From positions 77,417,630 to 77,481,629 of the forward strand of contig NC_086376.1 in the NCBI RefSeq assembly GCF_036588685.1: 64,000 bases of DNA, in the 5' to 3' direction. Made by a program: the position numbers and the translations under genes. The notes beneath the pieces are model-generated. The model had not been told where the DNA came from. It worked only from the letters and a program-made list of their open reading frames with translations, and did not search any database. Position 1 is the first letter of the stretch. Each line of letters opens with the position of its first letter. Below are positions 1-14,064 of the stretch, piece after piece. This DNA comes from Mytilus trossulus. Its lineage: Eukaryota.

Positions 1-558
1 TTCAACCCGTGGCTCAAATAAATGTACATATACATGCAGTTATACTCGTTATACAGTAAAAGACGATGATTCCCTTTTCTATGACGTCAACATCGGCTGC
101 TTTTATCGACCAATGGCTCGTCATCACTGATTTGACTCTTCATTTTTGTTTTCTATATGCCATTTTATTTGAAGTAAATAGTGTATTATTTCCAATTTCT
201 TTTAACCTTATCCTCTATGATAACCACGGGATGTTTTTATCATGTACACAGAAGAAGAGAGTTTAATTACATTATTCAAAATATCAAAGAGTTTAAATCA
301 TATTCTTGAATAAAAAAAAAAAATAAAAAAAAAAATGACTTTGTAAATAAAGGCACGCATACCGCTGTTCAGTAGTAATTAATCGATTAAGCGAAAACAA
401 ATCCGGGTTACAAACCAATAAAGAGGGAAGCACATTAACTATGATAAGAAAACAACGAAACAACAGAATATCAGAGCTGTTATACACAAAAACGCCAACA
501 TAAATCAGCCTTAGCATACCGGGGTATATTTATTTCTGTTGCAGTTATACGGCGAATT

Positions 559-1586
559 TCAAATGTATTGGAAATCATTGCATCGGATGATATCTTTAAC
601 CAAAAATATATTCATTTGAATCTTGAGGTTGATTTTATATTAAATTACAAATATAATTCCAAAAGAGTTTCGCTAAAAATTAATCAAATATAAATATTAT
701 ATATTTAAACAAAATAATGTCAAAATCTAGCAAAATTACAAATTCCAACTATAAAAAATGCATACAAAGTTTGGTCACATCTTCAGATAAAAACTGTCGG
801 CAAACACAAGAATGTGCAAAAACTTTGAACTAAAGGAAAGATTGAGTTTTTGTTGAACTTAAATGAAATGAATGCTGGATAAATTAACCCCTTCCTCTTG
901 GAAGACGGCTACAATTTAAAGATCCGACCCATCCGCCATGCTATTTAAAAATGTAATCTGAATTTGCACGTTATACATTTGTTTGACAAAAGAAAATAAA
1001 AAATAAACAATACCTCGACATGCTTTCATACATGTCCATCTGCTAGCAAATTGGTTTTTGTTACCATTACACCCCTTGTATTTAAATCGGCGACATCTCC
1101 CTTTTCCATGGTCATAGAAATATTGAGTTTTCGGATAACAATATCTTTGTCTACAACACGTCCCTTTGTCTTTCTGCAAACCACACTCTAAAAAGATGAG
1201 TGTTTGAAGATGTGAGTTTCTTTTGTAGAAAACAATGAGAGTAATTTACGTACAGAAGGATGAATGTACATTAAATTAAATCAAAATACAAAAGGACTAA
1301 CTAATGATCAAATGTATCAATTAACTTTTAAAAAATGAATTAAATGAAACAGCTGCTTACTTTAAAACGTTAAACGTTCAACGAATTGTTTTCGGATTAT
1401 GAGAATATGCATAACAAAGAAACTGAAATCATATTTAAAGCAAATTTGTCCTGTATGATAAAATGAAAATTTCTAATGTAAATTATTGTCGTATGGTATA
1501 CACTTACTTGGATTACATCGGTAACTGGTGCTACCACCTTCAGCCAAGGAGATGACCAATATCAATAGGATTGCTACAAACTTCAT
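559..1586 (-). CDS. Secreted Kunitz/BPTI-domain peptide with extra cysteines, 3 coding exons (1586-1508, 1187-1014, 593-559), ~95 aa
   Basis: Spliced by hand: MKFVAILLILVISLAEG (signal peptide) GSTSYRCNP|KCGLQKDKGTCCRQRYCYPKTQYFYDHGKGRCRRFKYKGCNGNKNQFASRWTCMKACR|DIIRCNDFQYI*. Kunitz signature FxYxGCxGNxNxF...C...C is present. Both introns are phase-1 GT-AG. AATAAA lies at 534-529 after the stop, and an acceptor AG at 1595-1594 implies an upstream non-coding exon. Exon 3 is the least certain part. Confidence 0.88.
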
Positions 1587-2167
1587 GTTAGACCTGTAGG
1601 TATTGTGGTCAGCCGAGTTGTACGATAGTTATCTATATACTCAGACAATGTGTAACAGCTGATGACAGCTCACGCAGATAACCAACTATAACGTAGAAGG
1701 AAGTTTTTTTTACATCTTTTGTCAGCTGAACACGTGTAAAGTTCAAAAGCTACGTTTTAACATTGTAATGTGAAATCTAATGCAAAGATGCTGATATAGA
1801 TAAACTCGAATTGAAATTGTTGGCTATTTGAAAAAGTTAAACCCGTATACCAACTGCGTTTGTTAAACTTCAGAACAATTTTTTTCTCATACATGAAGGT
1901 ATTGTTAACCCATTTCTATTTCAGTTCCTTGCTATTCGTGAAGCAGGTAATCATTGTAGTCATTTAACCATGCAACCCAAAGCCCCTCCTATTCCATGGC
2001 TCTAAATCATTGCAACGCCTATCACACATTCATAAAATCATTAAAACTGCGGTTAAATAAAGTTATCCCGAATCGTCATATTAAATTGTAATCATTGTTT
2101 TTTTTTCGATTCATCTGACTTTCAAGCACTGTCAATCTTTGGAAAACTCACCAAAGAAAAAAAAAGG

Positions 2168-2340
2168 GTTATAATATGATACGCCAGACGCGCGCTTTGT
2201 CTTCAAAAGACGCATAAGTGACGCTCAAATAAAATAAAAGGAGCATTAAAACACGACAATTAAGGACTGTTGTGCCCAACACGGCCAATACAATATATGC
2301 ATAGGGGTAATCAAGCATTAGGGCTTCGAATGATTCATTA
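2168..2340 (-). repeat. Degenerate copy of the hammerhead-bearing retrozyme-like repeat
   Basis: acgccagacgcgcgctttgtc...gtgacgctc is the reverse complement of the HHR core at 58512-58555, with mutations in the catalytic boxes. Confidence 0.6.
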
Positions 2341-4874
2341 TTAAACTATAACCGTACATCATTACCAAATATTTTGCCTTTGAAGCACGTTTTGATATAT
2401 ACCTACCTAAGAACCATTCATGTGATGAAAATTCATTGGAAAGCAAATTATAGAAATAGCCTTTAGCAGCCTTTAACCAAAAACGACAAAAATAATAAAC
2501 AAGAAAGGTTTAGCATACTGTAACTATGCAGTATGTGGTACCAACTACATGGTGCTGTTATCATTTGAAGCAAATACTTTAAAAAAAAAAATCATTGTGT
2601 AGATGATATCTGTATTCATCAAATGGAGATACAATTAAAAGGTCTTACTGTCGTGGACAAGTCAGAAATAAATCAAGTATATCGTTTCGTTGCATGTCTC
2701 AGACACAACATATACTCATATATGACAAAAGTCGGTAGAATGGCGCAGACACAAACATTCACTGGCAATATGAATTTAAAACATTTTAACTGTAATTTAA
2801 ATTGTGAAATTATTACTTGGTAAATACCTTTTTTTATAAATATCATAATAATGATGACCTAAAATATGCATTTCTGCCTTATTTTACATAAGCAAAAGAA
2901 ACATTAATAATAACAGCATAACATTGTGAATTTTATTAGTTACGAACTGATATACTGTTTTATAAAATTTAAATTTATATTAAATCGATATTCGTCATCA
3001 TCTTATGACAGTAAATAGATGAAATATGTTGCTAAGTTAATTTTTTTTCAAACATAAATCAATTATCATATAGCTACATGTACGTATCCTTCGCATGGAT
3101 GGGTCTTCATTCCACTCCTACATGCTTTTATCGCTTGTACGACAACAGCTTGAATAAAACCATACATGTATTAGAATTGTTAAAAGTGCTGATCTGATCA
3201 AATTTGACGAATAAATTAATGAACTGTAATATCAAATTTTAAGAAGAATAAAATATGAAAACTTTTTTTTCTGAAGTGTCTATTATCTGTGAAATTTTAG
3301 AGAACACAAGGTATTTAAGATGCTCCGCCAAAAAAAGGGAACGGAGATTTTCCAAGAGTTTGAATAAAAAAAAACTTAAGATAGGATAATCAAAATTAAT
3401 ATGTTTTTTTTTTAACTTGGGTCAATGGTCAATGAAATATAGGGGTTGGGGAGTGGGAGTAATACGTTTGGGTGACAGTGAGCCTAAAACGAATTGCAAG
3501 ATTATATCTACGTAATACAACTTCAGTTTCAGCATACTGCTACATAATATGCTAAAAATTCGGAAACTTTTTTCCGATTTTTTTTTCGAAAATTGCAACG
3601 ATACTGGTTAAACTCGATTTTTTGTTTGTATTCATCATTTCGTGAAGTCGCAACAATTTATGTCGCAATTTTGTACAAAGCTCCAATATCAAAATAATCA
3701 ACTAAACGCACGCAATCATTTCTTAATTTACAGTGCAGGAAGGAGTACAGTAAAATAATAATTTTACATATAGCTGTTCCCTGTTCAGATTTGTTTATTA
3801 ATTATCTGATCAATACACATTTCCATATTGCTTATTTACATTAAAAGAATGTACAGAAAATTGATGAATTAATAAATACACTAACAAATGAAAGGGTAAA
3901 CCAAATGTGTTCACAAATATTACTATTTCAAATCACGAATATCATATCTACTTCCACCAAGAGCAGAGATACTCATTTAACATAACTGAACTAACGCTTC
4001 TTAATATAGATTCAACAAATGAAATCATAATAAAGAATAAACACATCTTTACATAGAATGAACTTATCTTTTAATAGTTTTTACTACAAAGTTGAATTGT
4101 ACTTTTTTAAGATAATTCACGCCGTTTGTTTTTGTTTTTTGTTTACATGTAATGACACAAGTTGAATAACCTTATTATAACATCTTCCTGGTACGTTCAT
4201 TGGACAACAAATTGTCCGATAAGCATAAAGACATGAGCAAATAGAATATTGAAAAAATTCTATTGTCACTGCTGGTTCAAATTTAGAGAATGTTGTTGCA
4301 GCATATTATGTTGATATTTCTAAGTATTACAAACTCAATGCAAGTTTTTAATTTCGTGTGCTGAAATTTTGTTTCTGGCATAACCAAATGAGACCGATCT
4401 AGGCCGCAAAAGGTCAAAAATGTCATAGGATTTAGATAAAAAAGAGTCAAATAAACAGAAAAATGCGTGTTGTCAACTTAACACGAAGATGTTGCAACTT
4501 TAAAATTAAAAAACTCACATTATGAATTAAAATAAATTGGTAAATTTTACAGTTTCATAAAATAATCTTGACAAAGGTTCATTGTCGAAAACTGAACGTA
4601 GAATAAAACTTTTGAAAAATATTTTGAAGAATTTAGAGTGACGAAAATATATTAATGAACAATTGAACCCGAACCTAACCTAGTGTTGAATTCCTTAGTC
4701 ATGAATTGGCATCGATACATTTAGGAGATTTGATATTACGACACTTCTAAGTTTTCTCTGGTCTTGTTATAAAACAACCTTGGACAATTTTATGATTACC
4801 GTTACTGGATTTACATTCAAAATTTTAAAGCATGTCATGAATATTTACACTGGCATTCCAAACTATGTTGTACT

Positions 4875-5630
4875 CGGCGCGGGACGTTTGCACTTTTTCA
4901 GAGGATTTTTGCGCTTTTACTTTTGGACACTTGCGCTTCAAGTCATAGGACATTTGCGCTATTTAAAAAAGACATTTGCGCCTTTTACAAAAGACATTTG
5001 CGCTTTTGCAATATTGGTTTTTACAACTATCCTCCTCTTTTGTCCGGGCAAAGTTAAAAGTTTAAAAATCATTGCATAGCACATTTCGTAGCACATTGAT
5101 ATATGTTAAAAAGTTTATATACTGCTAAAAAAAGATAAAGAAAACATTCCAAAGACATGAAAACAGTCATCACAGGACATTTTAGATTGATATCTGAAGC
5201 CCAAGGGCTGAACAAAATTAGCTCTTGTTAACTGTTCTGACTGGTATTTCGCCCATATTTCAAATACATAATCATATTTCTCAATTCTTGGCAGGGGTGC
5301 CTGTTCATCAATATAACAAATCGTAATGTAATTCACCAACAATTGTAAAATGATACTCTTCAAAAAGATTTTTTTTAAAAGAATGAATAAATAGAACTGT
5401 TCATTATAGTGGACATGGAAGGATGCTGCATTTTTGGTCGTAATAATGACAAATATAAGTTAAATTCATCTACGCAATATTACTTCTCATTAAAATTACA
5501 AGTGGACGACTAAAGGTTAAAAGCGCAAATGTCCGGTCAATTTTATACAGGTGATTCAATTGTCCATAGTATTTGAAGCGCAAATGTCCTATCGTTTTAC
5601 ATGTAAAGATGCGCAAACGTCCTGTGCCCG
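4875..5630. mobile_element. Non-autonomous DNA transposon (MITE-like) with imperfect TIRs and subterminal GGACATTTGCGC repeats
   Basis: Left end cggcgcgggacgtttgcac versus right end gcgcaaacgtcctgtgcccg. Several ggacatttgcgc-like motifs lie at 4880-5005 and inverted gcgcaaatgtcc motifs at 5520-5625. Confidence 0.6.
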
Positions 5631-6026
5631 TTTTACTTAAGGAATACTATGTTTCACTGTGTTGTATTGCTGTCGTATACCATACCATAATCATTAGTTT
5701 TCACATAAAAAAAATCCAAATATTGTTCTTTATTGGGCAAATATTAACAAATACATACTGTTTAGAGGGATAGATAAAACATCGTTCTTTTTTGTTAAAT
5801 AAGTACAAACATATTTCAAAAGATATAAGCACCGGTTCAACAACCAACAATTGCCTTTCTCACTTTTCTCCGCAGTCTAATGTAAACCTGCTCAGTCAGT
5901 GATTTCATAAATTTGATTACGAAATTGTAGTTTCTAGTAAAAACTAATAAGATTGATCGTTATATTATATTTTAAAATATAGTGTCAGAAATAATGTGTT
6001 GTATCACTGTATTTTAAGCAGCTTGA

Positions 6027-6473
6027 AGAGAATCATATTCAAAACAGTGTGGTCCTGGCCATTGATTGACGACCTAAATTATACCATTGACTGGGACAGA
6101 TTAGGTGAACGTTTGTCGGTAATAATCACTGCTCACCATGTACTTGTAAAAGACACTGGATCTGTGGGGTCACCAAAGGTTCTCAACACCTAAATAGAGC
6201 AATTCGAAAAACGAATCCGGAATAATACGATGTGTTGATTTATATTAATAATATAAATCAAAACATAAAGGTTATTCCTGAATAATTTTTCGAATTATTT
6301 TATTATTAAAGGCGTTAAGTACCTTTGGTGACCCCACAGTTTAAAATCTATAATAAGTAAGAAGTGAGCAATGGTCGTTACAGACAAACGTTCACCGAAT
6401 CTGTCCCAGTCAATGGGATAATTTAGGTCGTCAATCAATGGCCAGGACCACACTGTTTTGAATATGATTCTAT
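6027..6473. mobile_element. Fold-back MITE with long (~160 bp) terminal inverted repeats
   Basis: agagaatcatattcaaaacagtgtggtcctggccattgattgacgacctaaattat... is mirrored by ...ataatttaggtcgtcaatcaatggccaggaccacactgttttgaatatgattct. The inner ctgtggggtcaccaaaggt / acctttggtgaccccacag segments are also inverted. Confidence 0.85.
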
Positions 6474-7654
6474 AGAGAATACGATATAACTATTGTGCAT
6501 ATTTTCAGAGTTGATGGAAAAAAGTAAAATCACAAAAATACTGAACTCAGAGGAAAATCCAATCGGAAAGTCCATAATCAAATGGCATAATTAAATGACA
6601 AAACACATAAAAAACGAATGGACAAGAACTGTCATATTCCTGACTTGGTAGAGGCATTTTGAAATGTAGAAAATGATGGATTAAACCTGGTTTTATATCG
6701 CTAAACCTCTCACTATGTTGACAGTCACATCACATTCCGTTATATTTACAATGATGCGTGAACTAAACAGACATAATAAATAATATAGTCAAACTATTGG
6801 TAAGTAGCAGTAGTGTAACTATTTTAAAAGAAACCATTTAACAGAAAACAAAAACATCTATCTACAAACACATTCATTGATTCGCGTGTCTGACGTCAGA
6901 AAATTATATATGTCACATATTATTGTATTATAAATGTTAAAATTCACATGGGCAGTGTTTGCATACAGGGTTAAAAAAAATCAAAAGTAATGTATGTAAG
7001 AAATATATTTCAGAAATTGTCCGAGATTTAAAATAGTCCAAAAGTTATATGGAATTTATAAGAATCCACAAATAGTTCATTCCACTACGCGATTTAACTT
7101 TTTGGACGTTATTTTTGAGTGTAAATTCACATTGCGATAAGACGTGTCACGGTACTTGTCTATTCCAAATTTATGTATTTGGTTTTTATGTTATATTTGT
7201 TATTCTCGTGGGATTTTGTCTGATGCTCGGTACGTTTCTGTGTGTGTTACATTTTAGTGTTATGTCGTTGTTCTCCTCTTATATTTAATGCGTTTCACTC
7301 GGTTTTAGTTTGTTACCCCGATTCTGTTTTTTTGTCAACGGATTTATGAGTTTTGAACAGCGGTATACTACTGTTGCCTTTATTGAGGTTCAACGTATTT
7401 TCTAATTCATAATAGAAATATATCATAATGACATATCATACTGACGGGATCTTTTAAAGTACAGAGTCACGTTATAAGAACCAAAGAAACACAAAAAATT
7501 ACATATACAAAACACTCTAGCAAAAAATGACAGATAATACAAACGCATTGACGGGATGTTTAAGTACCGTCACGTTAAATGGATATCACATAAAACAATC
7601 TAACAGTATAAGTAATATTAATAATAGAACAAAGACAAATGAAAGAACAATATA

Positions 7655-8349
7655 CATGTTAAAATGTAATATAAAAAAGTGTGTTTCAGAGGAATATGAA
7701 AAAAATACTTTAATTAAACTTTCAAAAATGGATTCCTCATCAAAACTTTGTCTTTATGGGAAATTAAAAAATAATTGTCAGTCTGAGGAATATTTAAATT
7801 GCAATAATTTTATACATAGGCAGTTACTCTCAAAATTTAGACTAAGTGATCATTCCCTAGGCATTGAATTAGGAAGGTACAAAAACATTCCAAGAGCACA
7901 AAGATTATGTAAAAAATGTGAAGTCTTAGATGACGAATATCATTTCTTTTTGTATTGTGACATTAACATATCTTTGCGTTCTAATCTTTTTGTTTATCTA
8001 AAAGACTATGTACCATTATTTCAGCATCTTGATGCATTCAATAAACTTAAACACATTCTAAACCCCATCCCTGAACTTGTTTGTCATATTGGAGTCTTCA
8101 TTAAACAGTCTTTAGAACTGAGGGAGTCAGACCCGTGTCAGGCAAGGTTATGATGGTGTTTTTTTTACATACATTTATAATTGAACTCTAATGTTCTATT
8201 TTTCCATATATTGTATTGTATTATTTTGTATTTCATTGTATTACATTGTATTTCATTGTATTGCATTGTATAGTATAAAATTATTGTTTCATTGTATTGC
8301 TTGACCCTCATGGGTGTAATTTTGCAATAAAGATATATGTATTAAAAAA
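7655..8349 (+). mobile_element. 5'-truncated non-LTR retrotransposon (LINE): 3' end of ORF2 with C-terminal zinc knuckle, 3' UTR and poly(A)
   Basis: ORF 7527-8153 carries FRLSDHSLGIELGRY...RLCKKC...DDEYHFFLYC, typical of LINE ORF2 C-termini. It is followed by a (TTGTA)-rich 3' UTR, AATAAA at ~8326 and an A-tract. Candidate TSD aatata lies at 7649-7654 and 8350-8355. Confidence 0.8.
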
Positions 8350-8379
8350 AATATAACACGTTGTTAAGGTGATAAACAA

Positions 8380-8860
8380 CATCAGTACGCTGAATCTATA
8401 CATCATGACCATCATGTATTATTTGTGAAGTCGATACGGAATATATATGAACAAGGTCCTGGTACCTTCCGATGAACTTTTTTTAGAAAAAGGAAGAGAC
8501 GTTCTTTGACATTTCCCTGGTTCATCAACTTTCTACTCATACACTTATGACGTTTTCAAAGTCTGAGTAGGAGCTACAAGCTCTTGAATATCGAGTAACT
8601 TGGGAAATATATATCCCATATGCAGGTAAGGTTTGTATATTCCTACTTAGGTGGGGGAAATTCAGAATTTCAAAACTAAAATCGTCTCGTTCGTCATAGA
8701 TTCAGAGATGACTGTGTAAGTCAAATTCGAGATAAAAGTCTAAAAATAAGGCGGAAGAAGCCAGAACAGTTTGAAAGAAAAGCAATTGATATCCTCAAAC
8801 TGAGGTAATCTGATATCAGTCACATTAAACATGCAACAAAAAGTTTCCAGTAGTTTGAAA
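8380..8860 (-). mobile_element. Decayed Penelope-like reverse transcriptase fragment
   Basis: Reverse strand gives PAYGIYISQ (8600-8628) and traces of the YDKRDDF motif (~8680-8700), the same motifs as the better-preserved copy at 31000-31980. Confidence 0.55.
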
Positions 8861-11529
8861 TTCTAATCCTAGATATGTATTAAACATTCCCCACATGATT
8901 TTTTTTTATCTGTCATTTTTTTCCATATAAAATCCCAATTGACATAAAAAAAAAGAAGGAAGGGAACACCGAGGAGAAGAAAAATATCTAAAGCATTAAC
9001 AATGTGGTTTAATCATCCAGGACAATAAACACGTCTGCTTGTTTTCAGTCAGTGTTTTTTTATATATGTTGTAGTGATACATGAGCTATGCACGCCAGTC
9101 TTTATTTTGTGTTGTAGCTTCATATATGATAAATGTATATATTTTTACTCCAAACGATGGCTTGCCAGGGGTCTTCCCTTTTCAAAATCCTGGATTCACA
9201 CCGATATATTAAATAATTATTATTTGTGTGAAGGTGAATGTGATTAAATTTCACATTATATCGTGCTTATATAAAGAAATGTTATTTGCACTGTGTGTTA
9301 TAAAAATCAAAAGATGAAATATGATTGCCAAATGTCGTTTTTGTTTTGTGTATTTATACAAGAAGATGTGGTATGAGTGACAATGAGACAACTCTCCATC
9401 CAAGTCACAATTTATAAAAGTAAACAATTATAGGTCAAAAGTATGGTTTTCAACACAGCATTGGCACACACCGAACAGCAAACAACAAAGGGCCCCCAAA
9501 ATTTCTAGTGTAAATTCATTCAAACGGAAAACCAACGGTCTAATTTATATAAAAAAAACTAGAAACGAGAAACACTATAGAACCACACCAGCAAAGGATA
9601 ACTAATGGACATCAGATTCTTGACTTGAACAGGTTCAAACAATTGCAGCGGGTTTAAATGCTTTAATAGGAACTAACCTTCACCCTTATCTGAAACAGTA
9701 GTGTAATATCACAACATACATGTAGAAACACACACTATGACATATCAATTGAAACGACTTAACTAAATCGGAAGACATATAAACACATGTGAACATACAC
9801 TGAAATATTTGTTTGTCTATATTGTTGGAGAAGTCGGTTTCTATTGGTTGTCTTTGTATTTGCTGAGCCGATTGTTGGTGGTAATGGTGGATTTTTGTAC
9901 TGTCCAATTTCATTTTTTTTGTTGAGGTTGCAATTGTTTTTATTATGTAAACTGGCGTGATTTTGTATGGCAAGAGAGATAACTACCACCAAATAATAGC
10001 ATTATAACTGCTAAAAGATTATTGCAAGTTCTTCACTTTATACAGAATCAAATACTTAAAACACCCATATTTAAAATTTTTACCTTCATTTAATATCTTT
10101 AAATGGTAACGAATTCAAAAAAAAAATGAATACGGAGTATTATAAGTCCCAAGCTAACTGTTATTTTAAACCTATCGGGTAAAAATATCAAAATATATTG
10201 AAACACAATCATTGTTTAAGTTGATTTCTGGTTTACAGCAATGTCTCAGATTACATCTAAATCGTTTCTCTCGTATACATGCAAGATTTAATACTGAACC
10301 CAATAATTTTATTATCCATACAAAACGTTTTCAATAGGGATATTTACAGGGATTAGACTTTCAATTGCCACAAGCAAATTTCCAAATTACCAAAAACTTA
10401 AAAACGTGAAATATTTCGAAATTATACTTGTACTATCTTCGACGATGCACCTGTATATACATGTAAACCCATCATAGATACCAGGATCTCATCGTTTCTA
10501 TGCATTTAAACTCATCATGGATACCATGATAATACTTTTGTAAGTCAAACGCGCACTTTGCCTACAAATATAAGACTCATCAATGAATAACAAATGATCA
10601 AACAAAGTACGTTGAAGTTAAAGAGTATTGTCATACTTGTAAATTCAGATACGCATGTCTATTGGACTAAAGGTTTGATGTACCCGAGACAACAATTTTA
10701 GGTGCCATTACAAGAAAATATATATATCTTTATTTCTCAACAAACCAAATTACAATGGTATAGAGATACACACACTAATTACATAGTGTATCTGTACAGA
10801 CATACAAAAATTATACGGAAGCAAGAGAGAGGTACATATCATATATTGCGGTATACTTTTCACATAAAGCTATAGGAAGGTATAGATCTATTTGAAGGAA
10901 CATCAAGTTCGACTTAGAGACAGTATGATGAAGTCTTGATAGCAATCAGCTTTTATGATTTTTTACTACAAACAGTCAGATCAATCTTTAGGTATTTTGT
11001 TGAGCATTTGTTTTATTGCTGTTGCATTCTCGCCACAATATCAAATCTGATGAGTAGTCAATCCTTCTGTACCGACATGATTCAAAAATCACTTTCTCAA
11101 CTTTTCTGTTTAAAAAGAACAAAATAATTATGAAACACACATTTTGTGCACAAAATAACACGTGTTGATCTAAACATGTTTTTTAACACGTTAATTTCAA
11201 AACACATTTCATGGTGTTTAAACACAAGACATGCTGGTTTTTTTTGCTCTGACATTGTCAATTCGCTTTCGACTCTCAAATTTGTTGATCCCTTAAGTAC
11301 ACTCTCTTCTCGGGAATACGAAATATTATTTTTACTTTGATACGTTATATCCAATGACAAGAGACGTATTTTGTTATACATATTCGAATAAAAAATGGGG
11401 ACACTATTCATTGTGCATTACATTTTAAAAAAATAATGCTTTTACAAACAGTTTCGGCAATTTGTACACGTTTTAAAAAATCACAACAGTTCCCGCCATT
11501 TAAAAATTAGATATGTCATGTGTCCGGTA

Positions 11530-11596
11530 TCTTTTAGTCGTCATAAGCAAACTTTGATCTTCCTGGTCGAAAACAAGGCGTTATCTCAGGTAAATT
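11530..11596 (+). promoter_or_regulatory. Probable non-coding first exon and splice donor of the TRIM-like gene
   Basis: CpG-containing patch ending CAG|GTAAAT (donor at 11590). The matching acceptor tttgtttcAG at 12395-12396 lies 11 nt before the ATG at 12408. Confidence 0.45.
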
Positions 11597-12407
11597 TCAA
11601 CTATTTTCAGTTTTTTAACACATATTTTCACTTACAAGATTGCTATTAGAATTTTTGTGGTAACAAAAATATGACATTTGAACAAAGCTACTACAAATAT
11701 CGACATTATGCACGAAAGATCCCTGACTAGACAATTGGAAAAGGCTACAAAAATAAGATAAAAACAAAAACCCCAACAACATAAAATAAACCTGTTTATC
11801 AAATGTACGAAGATATATTAATGATGCTTTAAAACACAAATCAAAGGCCGACGCCTGGAAAACAGGACAAACAACAGTAAAAGTACTAAGTTTATTCCCC
11901 CTGTAACACAATTTAAAAAAAAAGATTTGACAGCAAGCTCCCGACCAAGATCTTGAATTTAACTTATTTCCATCGAAGGAGAATCTGTGTATGCTCGCTC
12001 TAATAGTTGCATTCATCATGTTGCATTTCTTCCACCTATAATTTTTGTTCGAACCATTTAAATACTATCATATTATTATTTTTTTCTTTTTTGATGAAAA
12101 TGATTTTATAAATCCAAAATATTGACAAAGATTGTCCTTTAACACAAGTAAAAATAATGTAGAACTTCTATTTCATCAAATAGAAGGCTTATTTTGAATG
12201 TTTCAGGGTATCAGGTGTCACTGTTTTGTAATGAGTTTGAACGTGTTTTCCGTACAGAAAATCTGATTAAATGCGATGATTACGTTTATCAGTATGTATA
12301 AATATACATTTAGAAAAGGCTGGTCACATTTATAAAGTTAAGCTTGTCTTTTAACTGATGTCACAAGAATCATATACGAATTGTTATTTGTTTCAGGAAT
12401 TCTAACC

Positions 12408-14064
12408 ATGGCAACATCCATTACATTTAAATGCGGCGTGTGTGATTCTCAGCATATCACAAAAGATGCAGAACATTGGTGCCCTGACTGTGAGGAAGGT
12501 TTTTGTTCTAACTGTCTTATTTTTCACAATTCGTCCAAGCTTTTACGAGGCCATGGTGTTATCTCCATAGAAAATTATAAAAAATTACCACAGTACATAA
12601 CAAGTATACGTCAGCACTGTCCAGACCATGATAGAAAGTATCAGAACTATTGTCAAATCCATGAGGTCCCATGTTGTCCATTCTGTATATCAACAAGCCA
12701 TAGCGAATGTAAAGGATTACAAGTCTTGGAAGAAGTCGTGAAGACATCGGAATTGTCCAGTCATTTCGAAGACATGAAACTGACTTTAAGAGATCTAGAG
12801 AATAACATTGATAGGATAAAGATTGACCGCGAGGAAAATCTGAAAAGTATTCTTGAACAGGGAAACAAAGTCAAGAGTGAAATCAAACAGGTACGCCAAC
12901 AAATAAATGCACACCTCGATAAACTTGAAGGGCTAGCACTTGCAAATTTAAAATCTACTGAAGATAAAGTCAAAAGCCAAATTGAAACTATATTAAGTAA
13001 ACTCTCCCACAGCAGTAGAGAAATCAAAGATGCAGAGAATATTATTTCAGCAATGACGGACTTTGCCTCAGATTTACACAGATTTCTTGGGAGGAAACAG
13101 ATTGAAGCAGAAGTATCAAAGTCAGAGAGGTCCGTCACTTCCTTAGTGGAAGATGGAAGTCTGCAACAAGTTACTCTGAACTGTAGTATTAATAGTAATG
13201 TTACTGAAATTTTATCCTCTATTTCCTCTTTTTGTACAATATCAACTGAATTAAATAATCCAAGTATTATTCTAAAGAAAGAAAAAGAAAAGCAGGCTCA
13301 GATCATGAGATTTCAACCTACAGCTCACAATTTTTACTTTACCGGAGGGAAAACAGCCTACCATTATAACGGGGTGTACAATAAACCAGTCAGGAAAAAT
13401 GGTATTTGCGGATTATACTTTCAACCAGCGACTTATTATTCTGAATGCTGATGGATCTGTAGATGGCGAAATACAACTAACAACACCATTTGATGTTACG
13501 TCTATTGACAATAGAAGTGTCGCGGTATTTCAACAAAAAGAGATTCAAATCATAGATTTGTCATCTAAAAGAGTAGAAAGGACGATTAAATTAAGCAAAA
13601 GTGTACAATCTGGGATTTCTTATGGACAGGATAAGTTATTATACCGTGGACCTGGAAAAAACATAAATATGATAAACCTGTCAGATGGCAGCCATCATAA
13701 TTCTGTCGATATAGACAAAACATTACAAGGTACGAACTATGTGGCATATTATAAAAATAATATATTTCTGACAAATAAGGCAAATAATACGGTCACATGC
13801 TACAAAGTTTCTGGGGAGAAAGTCTGGGAATTTAAAGATGAAACTGTTATCTATTCACCATGTGCCGTGTCATGTGACAAATACTCCAACGTTTACGTGG
13901 CATCATTTAGCAATGACAGCATTGTGGTAATATCACCCGATGGAATACAGAGTCGTACATTGACAAGTCAAAAGAATGGTTGGGCTATTGACGTTGATAA
14001 AGAAAGAAACATTTTAATAGTACCTGGTTTTTTTCAGAAAGTATTGTTAATGTTTACAAAATAA
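12408..14064 (+). pseudogene. TRIM-like protein (B-box1, B-box2, coiled coil, NHL-like beta-propeller; no RING), single coding exon with a frameshift near 13320
   Basis: CGVC...WCPDCEEGFCSNC...H...H (B-box1), CPDH...YCQIHEVPCCPFC...HSEC (B-box2), coiled coil and KEKQAQI motif. The reading then continues in another frame as QLTIFTLPEG...ITGCTINQSGKMVFAD into ORF 13399-14064 with propeller repeats (PFDVT, PCAVSCDKYSNVYVAS). AATAAA at 14173. Confidence 0.85.
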
